A DNA stretch of 43,306 nucleotides from the IMG/VR virus record IMGVR_UViG_3300045988_105340, positions 1 through 43,306 of that record, one strand, 5' to 3'. Positions within the stretch are counted from its first letter, which is position 1, and every line of letters begins with the position of its first letter. Position numbers and translations under genes: made by a program. This stretch comes from a virus. Below the pieces are notes generated by a model. The model made no database searches and was not told the DNA's origin. It worked only from the letters and a program-made list of their open reading frames with translations. This document shows positions 1 through 8,316 of the stretch, piece after piece.

Positions 1-55
1 CTTGATACAACTGGTAATGCAAGCAATGTGACTAATACTTTTACACAAGCCAGTA
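1..55. repeat. 55-bp terminal overlap, identical to 43252..43306 (circular closure, probably an assembly k-mer overlap)
   Basis: Direct reading: cttgatacaactggtaatgcaagcaatgtgactaatacttttacacaagccagta occurs at both ends of the window, in the same frame of one ORF. Confidence 0.95.
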
Positions 56-1242
56 CACTTGCAAATTTAACAACTGGTGAAAAATTAAGTGTTTCATTAG
101 GTAAAATTATGAAAGCAATTGCTGATTTGATTTCTCATATTGGTAATAAGTCAAATCCTCATGCGGTTACAAAGTCACAAGTTGGATTAGGAAATGTTAC
201 TAATGATGCCCAAGTTAAAAGAAGTGAAATGGGTGTGTCTAGCGGTGTAGCAACACTTGATACAACTGGTAAAGTACCTAGTTCCCAATTGCCTAGTTAT
301 GTTGATGATGTACTTGAATATACAAATAAAGCAGGTTTCCCTACAACTGGGGAAAGCGGGAAAATCTATATTGATAAAGCAACAAATATTACCTATAGAT
401 GGAGCGGTACCACTTATGTAGAAATTAGTCCATCGTTGGCATTAGGTGAAACTTCAAGCACTGCATATCCAGGTAATAAAGGAAAAACAACAACAGACAA
501 TGTTAATGCGATTTTAGCAGGTACAAAAATTGTACCTAAAGCAACAGATGCGAATACATTAGATGGTAAAGATTCAACCAATTTTGCCAGTGCAGCAGAT
601 TTAGCTAAGAAACTAGATAAATCAGGCGGTACTATGGAGGGTGTTTTTAATGTAGATACTCTTTATTTTAAAGTCAATACTGCTAGCGGATATAGACAAG
701 CCTTTGGAACAATACGTGGTGGTTTATTAGCGTTGGGATCTGACGAATTGCCTGCGGCTTTGTATGGTTATGATAAGAATCAAAAGCCACAATGGGTATA
801 CAAAGAAGGTTCGAACTATGTGTTTAAAGATTTAGCACTTAAAGATGATATTTACCCTGTTGGCGCTATCTATATGAGCGTTAGCTCAACTTCGCCCGCG
901 TCTTTATTTGGTGGTACATGGACACAGTGGGGAAGTGGAAGAGTACCTATTGGTATTAATTCAAGCGATACTGATTTTAATACCGTTGAAAAAACGGGCG
1001 GAAATAAAAATTATGAATTGAGGGCATTGATCGGTGCAGTTGGAGGGAATGTCAATACTATAGGTTATGATAGTGAGGAAGTTGTACCTGGATATGGTTC
1101 TTATGACATGGTGCTGGATGCTAGTGCAGGGGCTAAACCACAAGGAGCAAGCAATACTACTAGGGTTGTTAAATCTGATGGTAATCCTGCTACAACCGTA
1201 CAACCATATATAACCTGTTATATGTGGAAACGTGTTTCTTAA
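1..1242 (+). CDS. Tail fibre protein, C-terminal part of a gene that starts at 43081 and crosses the circular junction (about 470 aa in total)
   Basis: Frame 1 is open from base 1 and continuous with the ORF at 43081..43306 through the 55-bp overlap. The ORF-track start at 28 is an internal GTG. The C-terminus carries a YPVGAIYMS...LFGGTW motif typical of Gram-positive phage fibre tips. Confidence 0.8.
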   Translation, partial: LDTTGNASNVTNTFTQASTLANLTTGEKLSVSLGKIMKAIADLISHIGNKSNPHAVTKSQVGLGNVTNDAQVKRSEMGVSSGVATLDTTGKVPSSQLPSYVDDVLEYTNKAGFPTTGESGKIYIDKATNITYRWSGTTYVEISPSLALGETSSTAYPGNKGKTTTDNVNAILAGTKIVPKATDANTLDGKDSTNFASAADLAKKLDKSGGTMEGVFNVDTLYFKVNTASGYRQAFGTIRGGLLALGSDELPAALYGYDKNQKPQWVYKEGSNYVFKDLALKDDIYPVGAIYMSVSSTSPASLFGGTWTQWGSGRVPIGINSSDTDFNTVEKTGGNKNYELRALIGAVGGNVNTIGYDSEEVVPGYGSYDMVLDASAGAKPQGASNTTRVVKSDGNPATTVQPYITCYMWKRVS

Positions 1243-1254
1243 AGGAGAGCAAAT

Positions 1255-1626
1255 ATGAGAGTTTTTAATGAAGACAAAACACAGGAATTAAAAGAATATG
1301 ATTTAAATAAAGGACATTTGGAACTAGATAAATTATTTATTAGACATCACGAAGCTGTAGAAGAAATTAAGGAACAATGGCACTACGAAACTATTGCGGA
1401 ATATCCGAATGGTGGTAGAGATGTATCAAAAGTTATTGACGTTCCTTATCAAGCGCCTCAAGAAGCGTTTGACGAGTACGAAGATATTTATGTTTATATT
1501 CCTTATACTGATGAAGAACTTGAAGAATTGAATAAACCAAGTGAATTAGAAATATTAAAACGAGAACAGGAAGTAACCGCACAAGCGGTTCAGGATTTAA
1601 TTTTAACAATGATGGGTGGTGAGTAA
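1255..1626 (+). CDS. Hypothetical acidic protein downstream of the fibre gene (XkdW position; possible fibre partner or chaperone)
   Basis: 123-aa ORF with an AGGAG-type RBS (aaaggagagcaaatATG) 12 nt after the fibre stop. Function is inferred from position only. Confidence 0.55.
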   Translation: MRVFNEDKTQELKEYDLNKGHLELDKLFIRHHEAVEEIKEQWHYETIAEYPNGGRDVSKVIDVPYQAPQEAFDEYEDIYVYIPYTDEELEELNKPSELEILKREQEVTAQAVQDLILTMMGGE

Positions 1627-1627
1627 A

Positions 1628-1753
1628 ATGGCGAATTTTTTAGTTTACAGAATCTTAGATGAAAAATTAACGTATGACAAAGTACCTCAAGCATTAAAAG
1701 CAGAAGTCAAACGAATTTTAATTGAACTAGGACATGAAGAATTGATTAAATAA
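1628..1753 (+). CDS. XkdX-like small phage protein (41 aa), absent from the ORF track
   Basis: The ATG lies 1 nt after the previous stop. The product MANFLVYRILDEKLTYDKVPQALKAEVKRILIELGHEELIK has the size, position and ...V....LK..V pattern of XkdX-family proteins that follow fibre genes. Confidence 0.55.
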   Translation: MANFLVYRILDEKLTYDKVPQALKAEVKRILIELGHEELIK

Positions 1754-1757
1754 TAAG

Positions 1758-1785
1758 GCACTCATTTGATATGGGTGCTTTTTTT
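1758..1785 (+). terminator. Rho-independent terminator closing the fibre cassette
   Basis: The stem gcactcat / atgggtgc (one G-U pair) has a 5-nt loop and is followed by 7 T. Confidence 0.8.
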
Positions 1786-1805
1786 GTGGAAAGAGGAAAG
1801 TGATT

Positions 1806-2105
1806 ATGAAAAAACTATTTATTTCACAGCCAATGAAAGGTAAGACAGATGAAGAAATCCTAAAGGAAAGAGAAACAGCAATAAAAGAAGCTGAACAATT
1901 GATTGGTGAGCCAGTTGAAATTATTGATTCATTTTTTCAAAATACACCTACAGATGCAAGACCACTATGGTTTTTAGGTAAATCATTAGAATTGCTTTCA
2001 ACTGCTGATGTTGCTTATTTTTCAAAAGGATGGAATGATGCACGTGGATGTAAGATTGAACATGAATGTGCGGTTCAATATGGTATAAAAGCAATTGTTA
2101 AATAA
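1806..2105 (+). CDS. DUF4406-like (nucleoside 2-deoxyribosyltransferase-fold) protein
   Basis: The N-terminal FISQPMKG and C-terminal GWNDARGCKIEHECAVQYGI resemble the DUF4406 pattern (YISGPMTG ... GWE.S.GA..E...A...G). The RBS is gaggaaagtgattATG. The ORF-track start at 1800 is a GTG. Confidence 0.55.
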   Translation: MKKLFISQPMKGKTDEEILKERETAIKEAEQLIGEPVEIIDSFFQNTPTDARPLWFLGKSLELLSTADVAYFSKGWNDARGCKIEHECAVQYGIKAIVK

Positions 2106-2118
2106 CCATTGATAAATA

Positions 2119-2146
2119 AGACATGCCTTTATGGTGTGTCTTTTTT
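2119..2146 (+). terminator. Rho-independent terminator after the DUF4406-like gene
   Basis: The stem agacatgcc / ggtgtgtct (two G-U pairs) has a 5-nt loop and a T6 tract. Confidence 0.7.
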
Positions 2147-2233
2147 ATATATTCGTTCGGAAAAACGTAAAACTATCAAATCACGTGAAGCAACCACGTA
2201 TAAAAGCGTAGATGAAAAGTGAGGTAAAAAAGT

Positions 2234-2836
2234 ATGGAAAGAGAATTTTTAAAAGGATTAGGTTTAGAAAAAGATGCTATTGATAAAATAATGGCAGAAA
2301 ATGGCAAAGATATTGAATTAGAAAAAGGTAAGGTTAAGGATATTCAAAGTCAATTAGTTACTGCCAACAACACGATTAAAGAACGTGATAAGCAGTTAGA
2401 AACATTAAAAAACAGCCCTGATAACCCTGAAACATTAAAACAGCAGATTCAACAACTTCAAGATGATAACAAGGCTAAAGATGAAGCACATCAAAAAGAA
2501 ATCAAAGAACTTAAAGTTAATAGTGCATTAGAAAAGGCTTTAACTAATGCTAAAGCGAAAAATGCTAAGGCAGTGCAGGCACTTCTTGATTTAGGTGATG
2601 ATGTTGAACTTAATGAAGATGGAACTATCAAAGGACTTGATGAAAAGATTAAGGCTTTGAAGAAATCTGATGCTTATATGTTCAATGATGATAAACAAAC
2701 GGTAAAGATTGATGGTGCTAAACCAAATGCATCACCAAATGATCCTGCTAATCCAAATCCAGCACGTGATCCTAACAAACCAAAAACTTATGAAGATTTT
2801 GTTGCTGAATTAGAAGCACAGAACAATCAAGAATAG
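2234..2836 (+). CDS. Scaffolding protein (Phage_GP20 / DUF4355-like)
   Basis: Charged coiled-coil protein starting MEREFLKGLGLEKDAIDKIMAENGKDIE, immediately upstream of the capsid gene. Confidence 0.65.
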   Translation: MEREFLKGLGLEKDAIDKIMAENGKDIELEKGKVKDIQSQLVTANNTIKERDKQLETLKNSPDNPETLKQQIQQLQDDNKAKDEAHQKEIKELKVNSALEKALTNAKAKNAKAVQALLDLGDDVELNEDGTIKGLDEKIKALKKSDAYMFNDDKQTVKIDGAKPNASPNDPANPNPARDPNKPKTYEDFVAELEAQNNQE

Positions 2837-2862
2837 AAAATTAGAAAGGAAGATTTTTATTT

Positions 2863-4017
2863 ATGAACACAAAATTTGATTCAAAATCATTTAATCCTGA
2901 AGCATTCGGGAAATACGTAGAAAGCGTACCAAGATTAAAAAGAAATGAGATTTTAAAAAGTAAAGCAGTTGTGGGCTCTCAAACATTAGCAGAATTATTT
3001 GCATCACAAACTGGGTCACACTATGCAAGAATTCCAATGTTTGGACAAGCTACTGCTAACGTTGTTAACTACGATGGTAAAACAAATATTGAAGCTGATG
3101 GCTCAACAACTTTCGAACGTGGAGTATTTACATTAGGTAGAGCTTTCGCAAAAACTGAAAAAGACTTTTCTTATGATATTACAAGTGGAGTTGATTTCTT
3201 ATCACAAGTAGGTAATCAATGTGCATCTATCATTGATGAAATTGATCAAGATATCTTATTAGCAATCTTAAAAGGTATCTTTGCTATGACTGGTGCAGAA
3301 AACTTAAAATTTGTTAACAGTCATACTTACGATGTAACAACTAAAGGTGAAGGTGTTGTTGAAGCACCAACTTTAAATAACGCTATTCAACAAGCATCAG
3401 GTCAAGATAAAGATAAATTCACTCTAGCTATTATGCATTCACAAATTGCTACAAACTTAGAAAATATGCGTTTGTTAAAATATTTAACTTATACTGATGC
3501 AAATGGTATTACAAGAGATTTGGCAATTGCTACATGGAATGGTAGAACAGTTATTATTGATGATTCTGTACCAGTTGAAGATATTTATACATTAACTAAA
3601 GATGTTGATGTAGTACCTGGTAAAACTTATTACACTAAAAAAACAAGTACATATGAAGTTGTATCAGAACCATCAAAAGAAAGCATTGCGACTTATTATG
3701 AATTATCAGTAAATTACACAACTTATGTGTTTGGTGATGGTGTAATTGAGAAACAGCCTTTACCAGTAAAAAAACCTTACGAGATGTCACGTGATCCTAA
3801 AACAAATGGTGGAGAAGATACTTTATATCATAGATGGCGCAATGCATATGGTGTCAAGGGTATTTCATATGAAAAGAAATCACAAGCATCATTATCACCT
3901 ACTAATGAAGAATTGGCAAAAGGTACTAATTGGGTATTAGCAAATGATGGTGAAAGTAAACCAACATATTATGATCACAAGGCGATTGCTATTGCACGCA
4001 TCATTTCACGTGGTTAA
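2863..4017 (+). CDS. Major capsid protein
   Basis: 384-aa ORF with a strong RBS (gaaaggaag), directly after the scaffold gene and before the head-tail connector genes. The family was not recognised beyond position and size. Confidence 0.75.
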   Translation: MNTKFDSKSFNPEAFGKYVESVPRLKRNEILKSKAVVGSQTLAELFASQTGSHYARIPMFGQATANVVNYDGKTNIEADGSTTFERGVFTLGRAFAKTEKDFSYDITSGVDFLSQVGNQCASIIDEIDQDILLAILKGIFAMTGAENLKFVNSHTYDVTTKGEGVVEAPTLNNAIQQASGQDKDKFTLAIMHSQIATNLENMRLLKYLTYTDANGITRDLAIATWNGRTVIIDDSVPVEDIYTLTKDVDVVPGKTYYTKKTSTYEVVSEPSKESIATYYELSVNYTTYVFGDGVIEKQPLPVKKPYEMSRDPKTNGGEDTLYHRWRNAYGVKGISYEKKSQASLSPTNEELAKGTNWVLANDGESKPTYYDHKAIAIARIISRG

Positions 4018-4412
4018 TGCTTATGTTTGAAACAATCAAAGATGAAGTAATTAAAAGGCTTAATTCACTTAATTACAAGGTAAATGAAGAAAAAGATAGC
4101 TTTGTATTGAAGTTCATCATTGATAAAGTTGAACAGGATATTAAAAATAAGACAAATCAAAGTGAAGTTCCAAGTGGACTTCATTTTGTTTTTGTTGAAC
4201 GTGTTTGTGGTGAGTTCCTAAATGGTATGCGCAGTTCAAATATGCTTTCTGATGAACAGATTGAAGCTACAGTGACTGCAATTAAAGAGGGTGATACACA
4301 AGTATCATTTGATAAAGATTCTTCACCACAAGCCGTTTTTGGTGCTTATTTGAAATATCTAATGAATTATGGTAGTGATGATTTTGCTAAGTATAGAAAG
4401 TTTGTGTGGTGA
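4017..4412 (+). CDS. Head-tail connector protein (gp6 / YqbG-like)
   Basis: 131 aa, TAATG-coupled to the capsid gene, in the position of connector proteins in Xkd/Yqb-type clusters. Confidence 0.5.
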   Translation: MLMFETIKDEVIKRLNSLNYKVNEEKDSFVLKFIIDKVEQDIKNKTNQSEVPSGLHFVFVERVCGEFLNGMRSSNMLSDEQIEATVTAIKEGDTQVSFDKDSSPQAVFGAYLKYLMNYGSDDFAKYRKFVW

Positions 4413-4417
4413 TTCAT

Positions 4418-4774
4418 ATGAATGCAGTTAGAAAAGCATTAGAAAGTATGTACAAAGATACTTGTACTATCTATGAAAATCAAAAAATTAAAGATCCTAA
4501 TACTCATGTAACAAATTTTAAAGAAGTTGAAGTATTAAAAGATATAAAGTGCAGATTGTCATTTTCAAATGTGACAAGCGCTGAAAAGGGTGATGCGGTG
4601 ACTATTGCGCAGGTTACAAAACTATTTATTGCGCCTGAAATAAATATCAAAGCAGGATCTAAACTAGTTATTACCCATGAAGGAGTTACTACTGAATACA
4701 CAAGAAGCGGTGTTCCTGCCATACATTCAAATCATCAGGAAGTAGTTATTGAATTGTTTAAGGAATACGCATAA
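4418..4774 (+). CDS. Head closure / head-tail adaptor protein (XkdH/YqbH position)
   Basis: The ATG at 4418 has RBS ggtga. The ORF-track GTG at 4406 is less likely. Size and order fit a head-closure protein. Confidence 0.5.
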   Translation: MNAVRKALESMYKDTCTIYENQKIKDPNTHVTNFKEVEVLKDIKCRLSFSNVTSAEKGDAVTIAQVTKLFIAPEINIKAGSKLVITHEGVTTEYTRSGVPAIHSNHQEVVIELFKEYA

Positions 4775-5193
4775 TGGCTAAATGGGGAAACTGTGATTTT
4801 AAACAGCTTCAAAAATTACAAAAGAAAATGGAGAAGTTTGAAAAGGCTGATCTTGAACAGTTTTGTGAAATGTGTGCTAAACATTTAGCTGCAAGACTTT
4901 TAGCAAGAGTTATTAAAGCTACACCTGTTGATACTGGCACATTAAAACGTTCTTGGAGTGAAGAAAATAAGAATGTTTATGTTGAATATAAGGGTAATGA
5001 ATTTATATGTGAAATTATCAATTCAACGGAATATGCAATTTATGTTGAGTATGGACATAGACTAAAAGGGCATAAAGGCTGGGTTCATGGTTATTTTATG
5101 TTGGAAAAATCAACACTTCAACTGGACTTACAAGCACCAAGAATTATTGAAAAATTACTAATGAAGAAATTGGGTGAGATATTCAATGATTAA
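4774..5193 (+). CDS. HK97 gp10-family head-tail joining protein
   Basis: The motifs ATPVDTGTLKRSW ... TEYAIYVEYG match the HK97 gp10 family signature (VDTG.LR.S ... YA..VE.G). Confidence 0.7.
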   Translation: MAKWGNCDFKQLQKLQKKMEKFEKADLEQFCEMCAKHLAARLLARVIKATPVDTGTLKRSWSEENKNVYVEYKGNEFICEIINSTEYAIYVEYGHRLKGHKGWVHGYFMLEKSTLQLDLQAPRIIEKLLMKKLGEIFND

Positions 5194-5608
5194 TGAAATT
5201 ATGGATGCTATCGCTATTAAACTGCATGAAGTATATGGTGATGAATACGAAATACATCAAAATGATATTAAGCAAAGTTTGCAAGAGCCTTGTTTTTTAA
5301 TTACTCTTATTGACAGTGAAAAAGAGAATCTATTAAATTTGCGTTCTAAGCGACTTTTACCGTTTGATATATTATTCTTCTCTAGCAGTGGAAAAAATCA
5401 ATGTCATAGCGTTTCTGATACGCTTATGAATGAGTTAGATATGATCAAATGTATTGACGGTGATTTACTTCACGGTACAAAAATGAGAAGTGAAATCATT
5501 GACGATGTTCTTCATTTCTTTGTCAGCTTCAATTATATAGCAGTAGTTAAAGAGGAAGAAACTGGATCAATGGAAACATTGGAAGTTAGCAGTAATACAA
5601 AGGAGTGA
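5186..5608 (+). CDS. Tail completion / sheath terminator-like protein (XkdJ position)
   Basis: The ATG at 5186 overlaps the previous stop, with RBS gggtgag. It sits immediately before the sheath-associated genes. Assignment is positional. Confidence 0.45.
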   Translation: MINEIMDAIAIKLHEVYGDEYEIHQNDIKQSLQEPCFLITLIDSEKENLLNLRSKRLLPFDILFFSSSGKNQCHSVSDTLMNELDMIKCIDGDLLHGTKMRSEIIDDVLHFFVSFNYIAVVKEEETGSMETLEVSSNTKE

Positions 5609-5612
5609 TTAT

Positions 5613-5807
5613 ATGGCTAACACTAAAACAAAAACGATTCAAAAAAAACAGGATGCATCTTTTTACAAGGATGCATTTTTAAATTCTAAAGTATTTAGAA
5701 ATAAAAAGGATTTATTAAATGCCATTTTAGAAGATGGTAAAAAATATACAACTAAAGAAGTCAATGACTTGTTAAAAAAAGAATTGGAAAGAAAGGTGGA
5801 ATGTTAA
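5613..5807 (+). CDS. Small basic hypothetical protein
   Basis: 64-aa ORF with RBS aaggagtg, stop-start coupled (TAAATG) to the sheath gene. Confidence 0.5.
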   Translation: MANTKTKTIQKKQDASFYKDAFLNSKVFRNKKDLLNAILEDGKKYTTKEVNDLLKKELERKVEC

Positions 5808-7109
5808 ATGTTAGGTGGCGGAACTTTTACTGCACAAAATAAAAAATTGCCTGGTACTTATATCAATTTTGCAAGTGCATCTAGAGCATCTGCGGCGATG
5901 TCTGATCGTGGTATCGTTGCAATACCATTATTAATGGATTGGGGTGCAGCAGATGAGGTTTTTGAAGTATCAAACGAAAAGTTTGTAAATAATTCATTGA
6001 AAATTTTTGGATATGATTATTCACATGACAAAATGAAAGGATTAAGGGATTTATTTAAAAATACCAAAACATTATATGCATATCGTTTAAATGGAAAGGG
6101 TACAAAAGCAACTAACACATATGCAGAAGCAAAATATCCAGGTATTAGAGGTAATGACTTAAAAATCATTATTTCAAAGAATGTTGATGATGAAACTAAA
6201 TTTGATGTTAAAACAGTTTTAGAGTTTAAAGAAATGGATGTTCAAACTGTTAAAAATTCTTCTGAACTGGTTGCCAATGACTGGGTAACTTTCAAAAGTG
6301 CAGAACTTCAAGAAACTGCTTCGACACCATTAGCAAGTGGTACAAATGGAACAGAGGTAACAACATCTGAATATCAAGCGTTTTTGAATGCGATTGAATC
6401 TTACAGTTTTAATGCTTTGGGATGTCCAGTTGAAGATTCGAAAATCAATGAATTATTTGTTACATTTACAAAAAGAATGCGTGATGAAGTCGGGGCTAAA
6501 TTTCAAACGGTAGTTTATAGAAAACCTGCTGATTATGAAGGAGTTATCTCTGTAGAAAATGAAGTGACTGATGATGTTAATAAAGCAAGTGTGGTTTATT
6601 GGACTACTGGCGCACAAGCAGGTTGTGCAGTTAATAAATCATTAACTAATACTGCTTATGATGGTGAATTTAAAATTAAGGTAGATTATACACAATCACA
6701 ATTAGCGGATGCATTAGAAAGTGGTAAATTCATTTTTCATAATGTAACAGGTGAAGTTAGGGTTCTTGAAGATATTAATACTTTTACATCAGTTACAGAT
6801 GAAAAAAGCATTGATTTTTCAAATAACCAAACAATCAGGGTTATTGATCAAATCGCTAATGATGTTGCTGCTTTATTCAATACGAAATATCTTGGTAAAA
6901 TTCCAAACAATGCATCAGGTAGAATTTCACTGCAATCGGATGTTGTTGCAATTCATAGAGCATTAGAAGATATTCAAGCAATTGAAAATTTTAGTGCAGA
7001 TGATATTGTGGTGGCTCAAGGTGATACAAAGAAATCAGTAGTATTAACAGATAAAATCACAGTTATTAACGCAATGAGTCAACTTTATATGAGTTGTGTA
7101 ATTAGCTAG
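5808..7109 (+). CDS. Contractile tail sheath protein (XkdK-like)
   Basis: 433 aa. The N-terminus GGGTFTAQNKKLPGTYINF is a typical sheath-family start, and a tube gene follows. Confidence 0.85.
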   Translation: MLGGGTFTAQNKKLPGTYINFASASRASAAMSDRGIVAIPLLMDWGAADEVFEVSNEKFVNNSLKIFGYDYSHDKMKGLRDLFKNTKTLYAYRLNGKGTKATNTYAEAKYPGIRGNDLKIIISKNVDDETKFDVKTVLEFKEMDVQTVKNSSELVANDWVTFKSAELQETASTPLASGTNGTEVTTSEYQAFLNAIESYSFNALGCPVEDSKINELFVTFTKRMRDEVGAKFQTVVYRKPADYEGVISVENEVTDDVNKASVVYWTTGAQAGCAVNKSLTNTAYDGEFKIKVDYTQSQLADALESGKFIFHNVTGEVRVLEDINTFTSVTDEKSIDFSNNQTIRVIDQIANDVAALFNTKYLGKIPNNASGRISLQSDVVAIHRALEDIQAIENFSADDIVVAQGDTKKSVVLTDKITVINAMSQLYMSCVIS

Positions 7110-7126
7110 AAAGGGGAACAGATAAC

Positions 7127-7600
7127 ATGGGTAAATTTACAATGAAGGCTAAGGATTCTATCAGTGGATCAATGGCTGAATTATATGTGACTATTGAGGG
7201 AAACAGATATAACTTTGCTCAGGCAATCACATTTGAAGCAAATTTTGAAAAAAGCAAAACTGAAGTGCCTGTTTTAGGTCGTACAGGTAAAGGAAATAAA
7301 GCAACGGGGTGGACTGGGTCAGGTTCAATGACTTTACACTACAATACTTCAGTTATGCGTGAATTAGCATATAGATATAAAGAAACTGGTGAAGATGTTT
7401 ATTTCGATATGCAATGTACGAATGAAGATCCAACTTCAAGTGTTGGGAGACAAACCGTTACATTAATTGACTGCAACTTTGATAGTTTAGTGTTAGCTAA
7501 ATTTGATGCTGATGCAGATTATCTTGATGAAGATGTCGACTTTACGTTTGATGATTTTGAAATTCCTGAGAAGTTTAATTTGTTACAAGGGATGATTTAG
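7127..7600 (+). CDS. Tail tube protein (XkdM-like)
   Basis: 157 aa. KAKDSISGSMAELYVTIEGNRY...GWTGSGSMTLHYNTS resembles the XkdM / DUF2001 tube family. It lies between the sheath and chaperone genes. Confidence 0.8.
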   Translation: MGKFTMKAKDSISGSMAELYVTIEGNRYNFAQAITFEANFEKSKTEVPVLGRTGKGNKATGWTGSGSMTLHYNTSVMRELAYRYKETGEDVYFDMQCTNEDPTSSVGRQTVTLIDCNFDSLVLAKFDADADYLDEDVDFTFDDFEIPEKFNLLQGMI

Positions 7601-7603
7601 TTT

Positions 7604-7648
7604 AAAGGACCACATTGAAGTGAACCCCATATAATGTGGTCCTTTTTT
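7604..7648 (+). terminator. Hairpin plus T-tract between the tube and chaperone genes (probable attenuating terminator)
   Basis: The stem aaaggaccacat / atgtggtccttt (12 bp, with the A and T flanks pairing) has an 18-nt loop and is followed by T6. Confidence 0.65.
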
Positions 7649-7673
7649 ATTTGATTAAATATAAGAAAGAGGT

Positions 7674-8111
7674 ATGAGAAAAATGAGTTTATCAGCTTTT
7701 ATGGCACAAAATGTTGTGCAGGAAGAAAATATTGAATATGTTGCATCAAAAAGATTTATCGATGAAAAAACAAAAAAACCTATTGCATGGGAATTAAGAT
7801 GTTTGGATTCACAGCGTGATGAAGAATTAAGAAAATCTTGTACTAAAAGATTAGAAGTACCAGGAAGAAAGGGGCAATTTACAAAGGATACAGATTTTGA
7901 TAAGTATGTTGGACTGTTAACAGTTGAATGTGTTGTGTTCCCTAATTTGAATGATGCAGAACTTCAAAATTCTTATGGAGTTATGGGTGCGGATGCATTA
8001 TTAAAAAAGATGTTAAAACCAGGTGAATACGCTGATTTATTAGCAAAAGTTCAAGAAATCAATGGCTTTAATGAAAGTTTTGAAGATAAGGTAGAGCAAG
8101 CAAAAAACTAA
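7674..8111 (+). CDS. Tail assembly chaperone (XkdN / gpG-like), short product
   Basis: It sits directly upstream of the tape measure gene and ends in a slippery A_AAA_AAC. The start may instead be the ATG at 7683. Confidence 0.75.
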   Translation: MRKMSLSAFMAQNVVQEENIEYVASKRFIDEKTKKPIAWELRCLDSQRDEELRKSCTKRLEVPGRKGQFTKDTDFDKYVGLLTVECVVFPNLNDAELQNSYGVMGADALLKKMLKPGEYADLLAKVQEINGFNESFEDKVEQAKN

Positions 8112-8308
8112 TTGAAGAAGGTGATTTTGAAGCTAATATTGCTTATTATTGCCTTCATAAATTGCATATGCTTCCATCACAGTTTCTTTCTCTACCGACA
8201 AATGAACAGGCATTTGTATATGCTGCAATTCAAATAAGGACTGAGAATGAAGAAAAGGAAGCTAAAAAAATAAAAGCAAAATCAAAATCTAAAGGTCGTA
8301 GGAGGTAG
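7674..8308 (+). CDS. Tail assembly chaperone, frameshifted long product (gpGT-like)
   Basis: The -1 frame extension encodes [66 protein letters not shown]. It has no RBS or start codon of its own. Confidence 0.55.
8102..8108 (+). promoter_or_regulatory. Candidate -1 programmed ribosomal frameshift site A_AAA_AAC
   Basis: The zero frame reads gca aaa aac taa. The -1 frame stays open from 8108 to a TAG at 8306..8308, just before the tape measure start. Confidence 0.6.
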
Positions 8309-8316
8309 GTGAATAT

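Noticed and set aside
256-272. A 17-nt exact repeat of window bases 1..17 (cttgatacaactggtaa) inside the fibre gene.
   Set aside because: It encodes a repeated LDTTG peptide motif of the fibre. It is an internal protein repeat, not a terminal or att-type repeat.
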